From the NCBI RefSeq assembly GCF_020745735.1, contig NC_083408.1, forward strand, positions 14,756,484-14,820,483: a stretch of DNA of 64,000 nt. Direction: 5' to 3'. The DNA is from Hemiscyllium ocellatum. Taxonomy: Eukaryota. Positions 9,780 to 22,277 of this stretch are shown here, piece by piece (the first letter of the stretch is position 1; each line of letters starts with the position of its first letter). The translations under genes and the position numbers were made by a program. A model generated the notes under the pieces. The model made no database searches. It was not told the DNA's origin and saw only the letters and a list, made by a program, of their open reading frames with translations.

Positions 9780-12735
9780 ATGTGAAGGGAGAAAGGAGAT
9801 GGTAGGGTTGAACTGTGTGGGGATTGGGCCGATTTTGGACCGGGTTAATGGTTGGGGTGAGGTGTTGGCCTATGTTTGGAGCAGCTCTGAGTGTCAGGTT
9901 GGAGGCGGTGTTGGACAGTGGTGAGAGTCAGCCCGGGTGCTGTGAGTGGACGATGGTGAGGATCAGGCTGGGGGCGATTGTGTGAATGGCAGTGAAGGTC
10001 AGGCTGGGGCCGGTGTGGGTGGAAGTCAGAGTCAGGCTGTAGGCGGTGTATGGGCAGTGTTGAGGGTAAGGCTGGGGGACTTGTGTGGGCGGCACTGAGA
10101 GTCAGGCTGTGGGCAATGTTGGACGACGATGAAGCTCAGTCTGGGGGCTATATGTGGGCTGTGTTGAGGGTCAGGCTGGGAACTGTGTGTGAGCGGCAGT
10201 GAGGAGTCAGGCTGTGAGCAATGTTGGACAGTGGGGTGGGTCAGCCTGGGGGTGGTGATGGCAGCGATGAGGATCAGGCTGGTGGCGGTTTGTGGGCGGC
10301 GTTGAGGGTCAGGCTGGGGGCAGTGTGTGGACGGATGTGAGAGTCGGGCTGTGGGCAATGTTGGACGGCGTTGAGGGATAGGCTGGGGGTGGTGTTGGAC
10401 GGTGGTGAAGGTTAGGCTGGGCGCAGTGTTGGACAATATTGAGGGTCAGGCTGGGGCAGTGTTGGACAGCGGTAACTGTCAGGCTGGGGACAGTGTGTTG
10501 ATGGCAGTGAGGGTCAGGCTGGGGGCGGCGGTGAGTGGCAGGCTGGGGTGGTGTTGAAAGGCAGTGAGGGATAGGCTGTGGGCGGTGTTGAATGGCGGTA
10601 AGTGTCAAACTTGGGGCGGTGTGCGGGTGAAAGTGAGGGTTATGCTGGGCACAGTGTTGAATCAGGCTGGGGTTGTGTTGAACGGCGGTGAGGATTATGC
10701 TGGACACGGTGTGTGGATTGGAATGAGGGTCAGGCTGGGGGTGGTGTGTGGGTGGCAGTGAGGGTCATCCTGCGGACGTTGTTGAATGGCGGTAAGCGTC
10801 AAGCTTGGGGGCGTTGCATGGCTGGCAGAGAGTGTTATGCTGGGCGCGGTGTATGGACGGGGGTGAGGGTCAGGCTGGGACTGGTGTTGAACGGCGGTGA
10901 GTGTCAGCCTGGGGGCGGTGTATGGGTGGCAGTGAGGGTTATGCTGGGCACGGTGTGTGGACGGCGTGAGGGTCAGGCTGGGGGTAGTGTGTGGATGGCG
11001 GTGAGATTCAGGCTAGGGACAGTGTGTGGGGGAGGTAGTAAGGTTCAGGCTGGGGGCAGTGTTGAACAGAGGTGAGGCTTGGGTCAGAGTGTTGATAGCG
11101 GTGAGGATCAGGCTGGGGGGCGGAATATGGACGGCGGTGAGGGTCAGGCTCTGGTTGGTGTGTGGGCAGTGGTGAGGATCAGGCTGGAGGTGGTGTGTGG
11201 ATGGCAGTGAGGGTCAGGCTGGGGATGGTGTGTGGATGGCGTTGAGTGTCAGGCTGGGAGTGGTGTGTGGATGGCATTGAATGTCAGGCTGGCGGCGGTG
11301 TGTGGATGGCGGTGAGGGTCAGGTTTGGGACGGTGTGTGGACGATGTTGAGAGTCAGGCTGGGAGTGGTGTGTGGACGGCGTTGAATGTCAGGCTGGGGG
11401 CGGTGTGTCGATGGCGGTGAGGGTCAGGCTGGGGGTTTTGAGTGGATGGCGGTGAGAGTCACGCTGGGGCGGTGAGTGGATGGTGGTGAGAATCAGGCTG
11501 GGGCAGTGTGTGGATGGCGGTAAGGGTCATACTGGGGGCTGTGTGTGGATGACAACGAGGGTTAGGCTGGGGCAGTGTGTGGATGGTGGTGAGAGTCAGG
11601 ATGGTGGCGGTGTGTGGATGGCAGTAAGCGTCACGCTGGGGGCGTTGAGTGGATGGTGGTGAGGGTCAGGCTGGGGGCAGTGTGTGGGCAGCAGTGAGTG
11701 TCAGGCTGAGGGTGGTGTTGGATGGCCGTGAGGGTCAGGCTGGGGTTGGTGAGTGGACGGTGATGATGCTCTGGCTGGGGGCGGTGTGTGGAAGGTGGTG
11801 ATGGTCTGGCTGGGGGTGGTGCTTGGATGTCAGTGGGTGTCAGGTTGGGTGTGGTGTTGAAAGGCGGTGAGGGTCAGACTTTTGGCGGTGTGAGGACGGT
11901 GATGAGAGTCAGGTTAGTGGCGGTGTTACTCGGCAGTGAGGGTTAGGCTGGGGGCGGTGAGGAGTCATGCTTGAGGCGATGTTGAACAGAGGAGAGGTTC
12001 AGGCTGTAGGTAGTGTTGAATGTTGATGAGGTTCAGCCTGGGGCGGTGAATGTCAGCATGGGGGCAGAGTGTGTACGGCAGTGAGTGTCAGGCTTTGGAT
12101 GGTGTTTGGACAACGGTTAGGATCAGGCTGGGTGCGTGTGTAGATGGTCGTGTGGATCTGGCTAGGGCAGTGTCGGACGCCCGTGAGGATCAGGTTGGCG
12201 GTGGTGTGTGGACGGCCGTGAGGGTCAGGCTGGGGGCCTTGCGTGAATGGTGGTAAGGGTCAGGCTGAGGACGGTGTGTGGATGGCAGTGAGGATCAGGC
12301 AGGGGGCACTGTTTAGACTGCAGTGTAGGTCAGGCTTGGGGTGGTGCATGGACGGGGTGAGGGTCAAGCTGAGAGTGGTGTTGGACAGCGGTGAGTGTCA
12401 GGTTGAGGGCGGAGTGTGGGCAGCGGTGAAGGTCAGGCTGGGGCGGTGTGTTGTCGGCGGTGAGGGTCAGGTTGGGGGCGGGGTGTGGACGGCGGTGAGG
12501 GTCAGGCTGGGGGCAGTGTTTTGGATGGTGGTAAGATTCAGGCTGTGGGTGGTGTGTGGACAATGGTTAGGGTCAGTCTGGGGGCAGTGTATCTGCGACA
12601 GTGAGGGTTAGGCTGGGGTGGTATGTGGGCAGTGGTGATGGTCACGCTGGGGATGGTGTGTGGATGGCGGTGAGGGTCAGGCTACGGGCAGTGTGTGGTT
12701 AGCGGTGAGGGTCAGGCTAGTGGCGGTGTGTCGGC
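9780..12735. repeat. 35-bp G-rich minisatellite, roughly 80 diverged copies
   Basis: Consensus GGTGAGGGTCAGGCTGGGGGCGGTGTGTGGACGGC; consecutive 35-nt units readable from 11171. Confidence 0.93.
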
Positions 12736-12739
12736 GGGC

Positions 12740-12897
12740 GATCGTGCTGTGTGCTGCTGTAGTCTCCTGAACTGGCAGCAGACTTTAAATAATCCAAGCC
12801 CCGTTGGAATGGCATTTAGTCTATTCGCCAAATAATTGATTATCCAAATGAAATAGTGCCCACCCATCTCTTTCGGATAATAGTGGATCCTCTGTAG
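12740..12897 (-). mobile_element. Probable Tigger/pogo-like MITE remnant
   Basis: End TTCGGATAATAGTGGATCCTCTGTA reverse-complements to TACAGAGGATCCACTATTATCCGAA, resembling pogo/Tigger TA-CAG termini; second terminus not seen. Confidence 0.4.
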
Positions 12898-13290
12898 GTG
12901 TGTACATGAATAGGAAGGATTTAGAGGAATATGGGCTGAAAAATATGTTGCTGGAAAAGCGCAGCTGCTCAGTCAGCATCCAAGAAGCAGGGGGATCGAC
13001 GTTTTGGGCATAAGCCCTTCTTCAGGAATAACTTCATTCCTGAAGAAGGGCTTATGCCCAAAACGTCGATTCTCCTGCTCCTGGGATGCTGCAAGACCTG
13101 CTGCGCTTTTCCAGCAACACGTTTTTTCTCAGCTCTGATCTCCAGCATCTGCAGTCCTCACTTTCTCCTTTAGAGGGATATGGGCGAGGTGCTGGTAGGT
13201 GAGACTAGAATGCGTTGGGATACCTGGTCAGCATGGACGGGTTGGACCAACGGGTCTGTTTCCATCCTGTTCATCTCTATGACTCTCTGA
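12898..13290 (+). mobile_element. CR1 LINE 3' end interrupted by a Penelope-like insertion
   Basis: ATGAATAGGAAGGATTTAGAGGAATATGGGC...GGTCAGCATGGACGGGTTGGACC...CTCTATGACTCT tail, split at 12937-13168. Confidence 0.8.
12937..13168. mobile_element. Penelope-like terminal fragment pair in inverted orientation, with 17-bp target-site duplication
   Basis: Arms 12946-13029 and 13036-13119; flanks TTTAGAGGAATATGGGC (12920-12936) and TTTAGAGGGATATGGGC (13169-13185). Confidence 0.85.
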
Positions 13291-13294
13291 CCTT

Positions 13295-14150
13295 CCAGCG
13301 AATTTTGTATCCAAATCACTACATCTCCTTGTATTCTATAGTGTCGAACTTGCTAACCAGTCTTTTTTGTGGAATCGTGCTGAAGGTCTTTCTGAAGTCC
13401 AAGTTAGTGCTTTCCATGCACAAAGCCATGCTAACTATCCTTAATCATTTCTTGCCTTTCCAATTACATGTAAATCCAGTCCCTTGGAATCCCTTCCAAC
13501 AACTTGCCTGCTACTGACTTCAGGCTCACCAGTCAATTGTTCCGTGATTTTCCTTACCACCTTTCTCAAATAATGGCACCCGTCTTCCAGCACCTGACCT
13601 GTGACTATCGATGACACAAATGCCTCAGCGAGGGACCCAGCAATCACTTCTCTGGCTTCCCACAAAGTCCTGGGATACACCTGATATGCCTCCAGGAATT
13701 TATCCACATTATGCGTTTAAAAACATCCAGTACCCCCTCCTGTGTAATATGAACACTTGTCAAATTATCACTATTTCTCCAATCTCTTTAGTTTCCGTAT
13801 CCTCTTTTAGTAAAAACTGATGTGAAATACTTGCAGAATCTCTCCCACCTCATGCTGTACAAGAGACATCTTGTTGTTCTTTTAGTGTCGCTATTCTCCG
13901 ACTGGTTACTCTTTTGCCCTTAGTATATTTGTAGAATCTCTGGATTCCAATTGAAACTATTTCCCAAAGCTATCTCATGCCCTTTTTGCCCTCCTGGTTT
14001 CCCACGAGTATACTCCTACAAATCCTATAATCCTCCCGGAATTCACTCAAACCCAGATGTCTGCACTTGCCAAATCCCACCTTCATTTTCTTGACCTCAA
14101 TTTCTCTCATCATGCAGCATTCCTTACACCTTAACAGGAACATACTGTCT
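13295..14150 (-). mobile_element. Decayed CR1 ORF2 fragments
   Basis: YPRTLWEAREVIAGSLAEAFVSSIVTGQVLED resembles CR1 pre-RT segment. Confidence 0.75.
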
Positions 14151-14229
14151 CTCTTCTCTTATTGTCACAGGACTATGGAGGCAATGGCAGATGCGGATAG
14201 AGAAACAATCAATCATTCTCAGCAAAGAG

Positions 14230-15710
14230 GTAGATTTCGCAAAGGCAATAGCCTAAAGATAGATGGTGCGCCTGGCTCTGATAGAATGTATCCCAGGGAC
14301 TAAAAGAGATGACGGGAGGAAATAGCAAACGAGCTCGGGGTAATTCAATAAAACTTGCTGGACTATGGCATGGTTCCGACAGATTGGAAAGCTACAAAGG
14401 CATTTTTAAAAACGGACACGTTAGCTTAACTTCTGTAGTGGGGACAATGCTTGAATCTGTCAAGGAAGTAATAGTGAGATATCTGGGTAGAAACTGTCCC
14501 ATTGAGCAGACGCAGCATGGATTCATGAAAGGCAGGTCATGTTTAACATATTTACTGGAATTATTTGTGGACACAATGAGTGTGTTGGAAAAGGGGGAAC
14601 CGGTGGATGTGGTGGACCTGGATTTCCAGAAGGCATTGCACAAGTTGCCACACAAACGGCTGTTGTATAAGGTAAAAATGCACGGCATTATGGGTAATGC
14701 ATAGCATGGATAGAGGATTGGTTAATGAACTAAAAGTAAAGAAGGGGATAATTGGGTATTTGGATTAATGTTGGCACTACAACTGTTTACAAATTACACA
14801 AATGTTTTGGAGTTGAGGACAAAGTGTTTGGTGTCAGAGTTCATATTTGATGTTAAAATCACTGGTCGAGCTATGTGTGTAGAGACGACTGTCAGTCTGC
14901 AGAGGGATACAGATCGGTTAATTGGCTGGTTAAGGATCTGGCAGATGGAGTACAATTTGGGAAATGTAAGGTCATTCATTTTGGTCAGACTAACAGCAAA
15001 CCGATGATGACTTGGTGAAAACCTGTAGCATGCTGCTGCACAGAGGGAGCTGGGAGTTCCTGTGTATGAATCACAGGAAGTTGGTTTGCAGGTGCAGCAG
15101 GTAATTAAGGCAGTGAAGGGAATATTGTCCTTCATTGCTAGAGGGATGATTATGCTGCAGCTGTACAGGCGCTGGTGAGGCCACACCTGGAGTACTGTGT
15201 ACAGGTTTGGTCTCCTTACTTTGGGTAGAATGTACTGGCACCGGAGTGACACTAGTTTGACTCGGGAGTTGAGGGGGTTGGCGTATATTGAGATATTGAG
15301 TAGACCGGGACTATACTCTCTGGAATTTAGAAGAATGGGAGGTTGGATAGGAAAAATAAAATTATGAGAATAATAGATAAGGTAGAAGCAGGGAGGTTAT
15401 TTCCAACGGGGGCAGGGGAAACTAGACAGCGTAGCAACAAAATAAGGGGGAGCAGATTTAAGACTACGTTCAGCAAGAGCTTCTTCAGCTAAACGGTTGT
15501 GGATCTGTGGAATTCTCTGCTGAGTGAAGCAGTTGGGATTTCATCTTGAATATATTCAAGGAAAAAGATAGATTTGTGAACAGAAAAGGAATTACGGGTA
15601 ATGGTGAGAGAGCAGGAAAGTGGAGATGAGGCCATGAAAAGATCAGCCCAGATCTTATTGAATGGCAGATCAGGCTTGAAAGGCCAGATGGCCCACTGCT
15701 CTTCCTTACG
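14230..15710 (+). mobile_element. Decayed 5'-truncated CR1 LINE (RT to 3' UTR)
   Basis: VSLTSVVGTMLES, QHGFMKGRSCLT, VDVVDLDFQKA motifs; many stops. Confidence 0.9.
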
Positions 15711-15809
15711 TTTGCACGTCCCAGCTGTCCCTTTACCTAGGAATAGCCTCCCACAAAGAAATTTCGAAAGTTCTTGCCATGTGCCATTAACATGGGCCTT
15801 TGTCCAATT

Positions 15810-18345
15810 TAGAACATCATAGAACATAGAAAAATGCAGCGCAGTACAGGCCCTTCGGCGCTCGATCTTGCGCCGATCCAAGCCCACCTAACCTACACGA
15901 GCCCACTATCCTCCATATCTCTATCCAATGCCCGTTTAAATTCCCATAACGAGGGAGAATCCACCGCTGCCACTGGCAGGCATTCCATGAACTCACGACT
16001 CGCTGAGTAAAGAATCTTCCCCTACCATCAGTCCTATACCTACCACCCCTCAATTTAAAGCTTTGCCCCCTCGTAATAGCTGACTCCATCCGTGGAAAAA
16101 GTTTCTCATAGTCAACTCTATCTAAACCCCTAATCATCTTGTACACCTCTATCAAGTCAACCTAAATCTTCTTTTCTCCAATGAGAACAACCCCAAGTGC
16201 CTCAGCCTTTCCTCATACGATCTTCCTACCATACCAGGCAATATCCTGGTAAACCTCCTCTGCACCCGTTCCAGTGCCTCCACATCCCGCATATAGTATG
16301 GTGACCAAAACTGCACACAATACTTCAGATGCGGCCGCACCAGAGTCTTATACGACTGCCACCTCAGGACTCTGGAACTCAATTCCTCTACCAATAAAAG
16401 CCATTACGCCATATGCCTTCTTCACCACATTATTTACCTGGGTGGCAACTTTCAGAGATCTGTGTACATGGACACCAAGATCCCTCTGCTCATCCACATT
16501 ACCAAGTATCCGAATATTAGCCCAGTACCCCATCTTCTTGTTACTATTACCAAAGTGAATCACTTCACACTTAGCTACATTGAACTCCATTTGCCACCTT
16601 TCTGCCCAGCTCTGCAGCTTACCTATATTCCGTTGTAACCTGCCACAGCCTTCCTCACTGTCAACAACTCCACCGACTTTCGTATCATCCGCAAACTTGC
16701 TCACCAAACCTTCCAGACCTTCCTCCAGGTCATTTATAAAAATGACAAACGGCAATGGTCCCAAAACAGATCCTTGCGGAACACCGCTCGTAAATGCACT
16801 CCGAGATGAACTACTACCATCAATTACTGTCCTCTGTCTTCTTCCAGCCAGCCAATTCCTAATCCAAACGTCCAATTCACCCTCAATGCCATATTTCCGT
16901 ATTTTTTGCAGTAGCCTACCATGGGGAACCTTATCAAACGCCTTACTAAAATCCATATGCACAACATCTACCGCTTTACCCTCGTCTACCTCCTTAGTCA
17001 CCTTCTCAAACAATTTAAGAAGGTTTGTGAGGCACGACCTGCCCTTCACAAAACCATGCTGACTATCCTTGATCACATTATTCCTATCCAGATGTTCATA
17101 AATCCTATCCCTTACAATTCTCTCTAAAACTTTGCCTACAACAGAAGTGAGACTCACCGGCCTATAGTTGCTAGGGTTATCCCTACTTCCCTTCTTGAAC
17201 AAGGGAACCACATTTGCTATCCTCCAGTCTTCTGGCACTATTCCTGTAGACAACGAGGACATAAAAATCAAGGCCAATGGCTCTGCAATCTCTTCCCTTG
17301 CTTCCCAGAGAATTCTAGGATAAATGCCATCATGCCCTGGGGACTTATCTATTTTCATCCTTACCAGAATTTCGAACACCTCTTCCCTACATACCTCAAA
17401 GCCAGCCATTCTAATTAATTGTGACTCAATATTCACATCGGCAACAATGTCCTGTTCCTGAATGAATAGTGATGAAACGTATTCATTCAGTGTCTCCCCA
17501 ATTTCTTCAGCCTCCACACGCAACCTTCCACTACAATCCTTGACTGGACCTATTCCTACCCTAGTCATTCTTTTATTCCTGACATACCTACAGAAAGACT
17601 TTGGGTTTTCCCTACTTCTACCAACCAAGGACTTTTCATGTCCCCTCCTTGCTGCTCTTAGCTCTCTCTTTAGATCCTTCCTGGCTACCGTAAAGCTCTC
17701 AATCGCCCCAATTGAACCTTCACGCCTCATCTTTGCATAGGCCGCCCTCGTCCCTTTAACAAGAGATTCCAATTCCTCATTAAACCACGGCTCCCACACA
17801 CGACCGTTTCCTCCCTGCCTGACAGGTACATATTATCAAGGACACTCAATAGTTGCTCCTTGAACAAGCTCAACATATCGATTGCACCCTTCCCTTGCAA
17901 CCTACTTTTCCAAGCCACGCATCCTAAGTCATGCCTCACCGCATAATAATTTCCCTGCCCCCAGCTATAACTCTTGCCCTGTAGTGCACACTTATCTCTC
18001 TCAATCACTAGAGTAAACGTCACAGAATTGAGGTAATTGTCCCCAAAGTGTTCAACTACCTCCAATTCTAACACCTGGCCTGGTTCGTTACCCAGAACCA
18101 AATCCAGTATGGCCTCTCCTCTTCTTGGCCTGTCTACATATTGTGTCAGGAAACCCTTCTGCATACATTGCACAACCACCGACCCATCTAACTTACTCGA
18201 GCTATAGCTTTCCCAGTCAATATCGGGAAAGTTGAAGTCCCCCATAACAATCACCCTATTACTTTCACTCTTCTCCTGAATCATACTTGCAATCCATTCT
18301 TCTCCGTCTCTAGGACTATTAGGAGGCGTATTAGGATCAATTTTT
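15810..18345 (-). mobile_element. Relatively young 5'-truncated CR1 LINE (partial endonuclease plus RT), frameshifted
   Basis: ORF 17727-18284 (VMGDFNFP, ILDLVLGNE) and ORF 16348-17799 ([40 protein letters not shown]); tail repeat at 15810-15830; frameshifts near 17830 and 16365. Confidence 0.97.
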
Positions 18346-18364
18346 ACATCTGGTCTATGCTTGC

Positions 18365-18675
18365 GGGCGGCACGGTGGCACAGTGGTTAGCACTGCTGCC
18401 TCATAGCGCCAGAAACTCAGGTTCAATTCCTGCCTCAGGCGACCGACTGTGTGGAGTTTGCACATTCTCCCGTGTCAGCGTGGGTTTCCTCCGGGTGCTC
18501 CGTTTTCCTCCCACAGTCCAAAGATGTGCGGGTCAGGTGAATTGGCCATGCAAAATTGCCCGTAGTGTTAGGCAAGGAGCAAATGTATGGGTATAGTTGG
18601 GTTGCACTTCGGCGGGTCGGTGTGGACTTGTTGTGCCGAAGGGCCTGTTTCCACGCTGTAGGTAATCTAATCTAA
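18365..18675 (+). mobile_element. tRNA-derived shark SINE (HE1-like), full length
   Basis: GGGCGGCACGGTGGCACAGTGGTTAGCACTGCTGCC head, GGTTCAATTCC B box, (AATCT)n tail. Confidence 0.93.
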
Positions 18676-18799
18676 TTTTCTGGAACTATTTTAAAGCTAG
18701 CAGAATGATCAGATATTCCAATTGGCCTATCACATCCACACTTACCCTCAGAGCCTCCTATCCCAACCCTGTAACATTGCATTTCCCATGGTCAATCCG

Positions 18800-19270
18800 A
18801 CTAACCTGCTCATCTCTGAACATTATGGGAAATTCAGCCTGGATAATCCATCCAACCTGCACATCCCTGAACACTACGAACAATTCAGCCTGGATAATTC
18901 ACCCAACCTGCAAATCCCTGAACACTACGGACAATTCAGCCTGGATAATCCATCCAACCTGCACATCGCTGAATACTGTGGGCAATTCAGCCTGGGTAAT
19001 CCACCCAACTTGCACATCCCTGAACACTGTGGGCAATTCAGCCTGGATACTCCACCCAACCTGCACATCCCGGAACACTGTTGAAATTCAGCCTGGATAA
19101 TCCACCCAACCTGCACATCCCTGAACACTGTTGCAATTCAGCCTGGATAATCCACCCAACCTGCACATCCCTGAACACTGTTGCAATTCAGCCTGGATAA
19201 TCCACCCAACCTGCACATCTTTGGGCAATGGGAGGAAACCAGAGCACCCGGGCAAAACGCACGCAGACAA
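18800..19270 (-). repeat. SINE-derived 50-51-bp minisatellite (8 copies) running into the SINE body
   Basis: AATTCAGCC at 18831, 18882, 18933, 18984, 19035, 19085, 19135, 19185; continues into GGGAGGAAACCAGAGCACCCGG. Confidence 0.92.
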
Positions 19271-19809
19271 CCCCGATAAGGTGATCATCCCTCTCTTATC
19301 TCACTTCCACCCAAATAACATCACTGGGCGTACTCCCAGGAATATTTTCCCTAAGCACAATCATAATGCTATCCTTAATCTAAAACTGCACTCCCCCCTC
19401 CTCTCTTGTCCCTTTTTCTCTCCTTCCCATATCATCTATACCCTGGAACATTGAGCTGCCAGTCCTATCCATCCATGAGGCATATTTCTGTCATACCCAT
19501 GATATCCCAGTGCCATGTTCAAAACCACACCCTGGGTCCATCTGCCTTCCCTCTCAAACCTATTACATTGAAGTAAATGCAGCGTAACTGCTCAGTCTGA
19601 CCACGTTCTGTGCCTTGCGCTTGCCTGCCTTGACTGCTTGATTTCTAAACTTTACCAGCGTCATACTTAGCTTTTTTCTCACTATCTATCTGGGTTTACC
19701 CCCACTCCTTTTCTCCCCACCTCACCTCTCTCCAATGCCCCAACGGATCTTTTTACACCAGGGAGAGATTTTCCTGCACATCCAAACACCTCATCTGCTG
19801 AATCAGGAT

Positions 19810-19980
19810 ACCATGGGCAAATTAACATGAGTACTGTAGCGAATCTGCACATCTTTGGATTGTGGGAGGAAATCCTAGCAGGCACTGGGAGAATGTGCAA
19901 ATTCCACTCGAACAGTCACCTAACGCTGGAATCAAACTCATGTCCCTGGTGCTGAGACAGCAGTGCTAACCACTGAGCCT
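19810..19980 (-). mobile_element. Diverged HE1-like SINE
   Basis: CTGCACATCTTTGGATTGTGGGAGGAAA...CAGCAGTGCTAACCACTGAGCC. Confidence 0.8.
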
Positions 19981-20059
19981 CAATACTGTGGGACCTTTGG
20001 TGCTGATTTGCTTCCCCACTGATACCTCAGTCACTCACCTTGCCTCATTTCCTAAGAGG

Positions 20060-20390
20060 AGATGCGGTGATGGCCTGGTGATATTATTGCTAGCCAGTTA
20101 ATCCAGAGACCCAGATAACCATCGGGGGACCTGGGTTTGAATCCAGTCACGGCAGATATTGGAATGTGAATTCAATAAAAATCTAGAATCAGGAATCTAG
20201 TGACGACAAAAAATCCACTGTCAATTGTTGGAAAAACCCACCTGGATCACTAATGTCCTTTAGGGAAGGAATCCGACATCCTTACTTTGTCTGGCCGACA
20301 GGTGACTCCAGACGCACAGCAATGTCGTTGACTCTTAACTGCCCACTGAGCCCAGCCAGTGACACCCTCATCCTGTGAATGAATAAAGAG
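20060..20390 (+). mobile_element. Second tRNA-derived SINE family, copy 1
   Basis: GGGTTTGAATCC B box; body CACTAATGTCCTTTAGGGAAGGA...GACTCCAGAC..CACAGCAATG..GTTGACTCT shared with 22735-23060. Confidence 0.75.
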
Positions 20391-20945
20391 ATCAAGTCTT
20401 GAATACAACCATACTATTCTTATAGAGAACAGCGATCTCCTGGGAATTTCCTTCACAATTCCCCGCTGATTATTGGGGAAGGCGGGGGTGGGGGTGGGTG
20501 GGAGGTGGGTGTCGATAGTACAATACCAATAAGGTGATCATTAAAGTCTAATTTCTCAGTTCCCTGGATATAATCCCAGGAATACCCTCATGAATCCCTT
20601 ATGCTATCCGTAATCAAAAACACCCCCCCCCCCCCCGAACAGTTGCCCCATTTCGATCCTTGTAAGAGCATCTATACCCTGGAACATTAAACTGCTAATC
20701 TCTCCATCCCTGAGTGATGCCTCTGTAATTGCTGGAATATCCCAGTGCTATGTTTAAAACCATACCCTGAGCTCAACTGCCTGACCTGTTGGGCCTCTTG
20801 CATTGAAGTAAATGCAGTGTAATTGCTCAGTCCCACCTCATTCTGTGCCTTGCCCGTGCCTATCTTGACTGTTTGACTTTTGAACAGTACCAGCCTCAGA
20901 CTTAGTTCTTTCCTCACACTTACTTTGGGTTTACCCCCCACTCCC

Positions 20946-21800
20946 TCACTGGTTTAATGCCTTGCAAATAGCATTAACAAATCTTCCCTTCCAGTGCAGG
21001 TACGATCCATCCATCTTATGGAGATCAGGACTACCCAACAAGAGATCCAATGACCCAAAAAATGTGAATCCTTCTCGCCTACACCATATCCTTCGCCACG
21101 TTTTCATCTGCTTTATCCTGCTATTCTCACTCTCACTAGCATGTGACACCGAGAGTAATCCAAATATTACTATCCTCGAGGACCTACTTTTTACCCTCCA
21201 GCCTAATTTCCCGTATTCTTTCATCAGGACCTCATCCTTTTCTATTCCTATGTCATTGGTACCAATGTACAACGGCGTCCCCTCACAGGATTATTCTCCC
21301 CTTTCAGAATATTCTGCACCCTCTGAGACATCCTTGACCCTGGCACCATGGAGGTATCACACCATTCTGATGTCTCACTATCAGCTGCAGAAACTGTAGT
21401 ATTTGCCCCTGACTCGAGAGCCCCCTATCACCATCGATCGCGTGGAACTGGATATACCTCATATTACGTTAGGGCCAGTCTCAACACCAGTAACCTGGCT
21501 GCAACTGCTACATTCCCCTGAATGTCTGTGAGCCCCTATATTTTCCAAAGCAATATACTTGTTTGAGAGTGGGATGGACAGAGGAGACTCCTGCACTAAC
21601 TGCCTCCCTTTCCTCTCTTTCCTGGAGGTAACCCATCTACCTGACTGTCTCTGCAGTTTTTCTGCCTGAAACTGCCACTAACCACACTTCCTCGCTCCTG
21701 TGAATTCCTCACTGCCTTTAAATGTCCTTCCAGCAGATCTATGCAATCGATAGGATTTGCAACCACACGTAGTGCAGACATCATCATCATCAGGGTCATT
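20946..21800 (-). mobile_element. CR1 ORF1 remnant (esterase/SGNH-like domain)
   Basis: YIGTNDIGIEKDEVL...SRSSRIVIFGLLSV...WCRREGFTF...DGSYLHWKG resembles CR1 ORF1 esterase motifs. Confidence 0.8.
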
Positions 21801-22277
21801 GAAATTCTCCCTAATCTCCCACATGAGACAGGAAGGGCACATCACTCAAAGAATGGCTATCCTTGCAACTTAACATTTTACAGACCCAGAAAAAGGCACA
21901 GTCTTACTACTCTAAAAAATACTGCCCTAGAATAACTTAACACCAATATTTTATATTTTCAAATATTAATAAAGAGATCGTAAGACATATTAACATGAAG
22001 CCCTCATTTTACTCACTATTGTAGATTTATGAAAATAAAACAGACAAAGATTTATCTTTTTAAGAGACTGAAGCTCACTGAGCTGATCCACAGCTGTGAG
22101 TCGTTTGTGAGCGCGGTGTCTCTGATGGCAGCTGTGAAATGTCACTTTCTGTTTCTCTTTAATGTCCGATCAATTTCCAGGGAGGTTTATAACTTCACAG
22201 CCACTCAGCTGGGAGAGTTCACTGCTCCGTGTTATTCACTGGGATTTGCCACCTGCCTCACAAACCTCCCTGTTGAG

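Noticed and set aside
5394-9785. Very long ORFs (841, 573, 234, 215 aa and others)
   Set aside because: Translations of the GA/CT low-complexity tract (Ser/Leu/Pro or Arg/Glu/Gly runs); stop codons are simply rare in this composition
1020-19270. Tandem arrays as CRISPR
   Set aside because: Units are head-to-tail with no unique spacers, no cas genes, and the DNA is vertebrate
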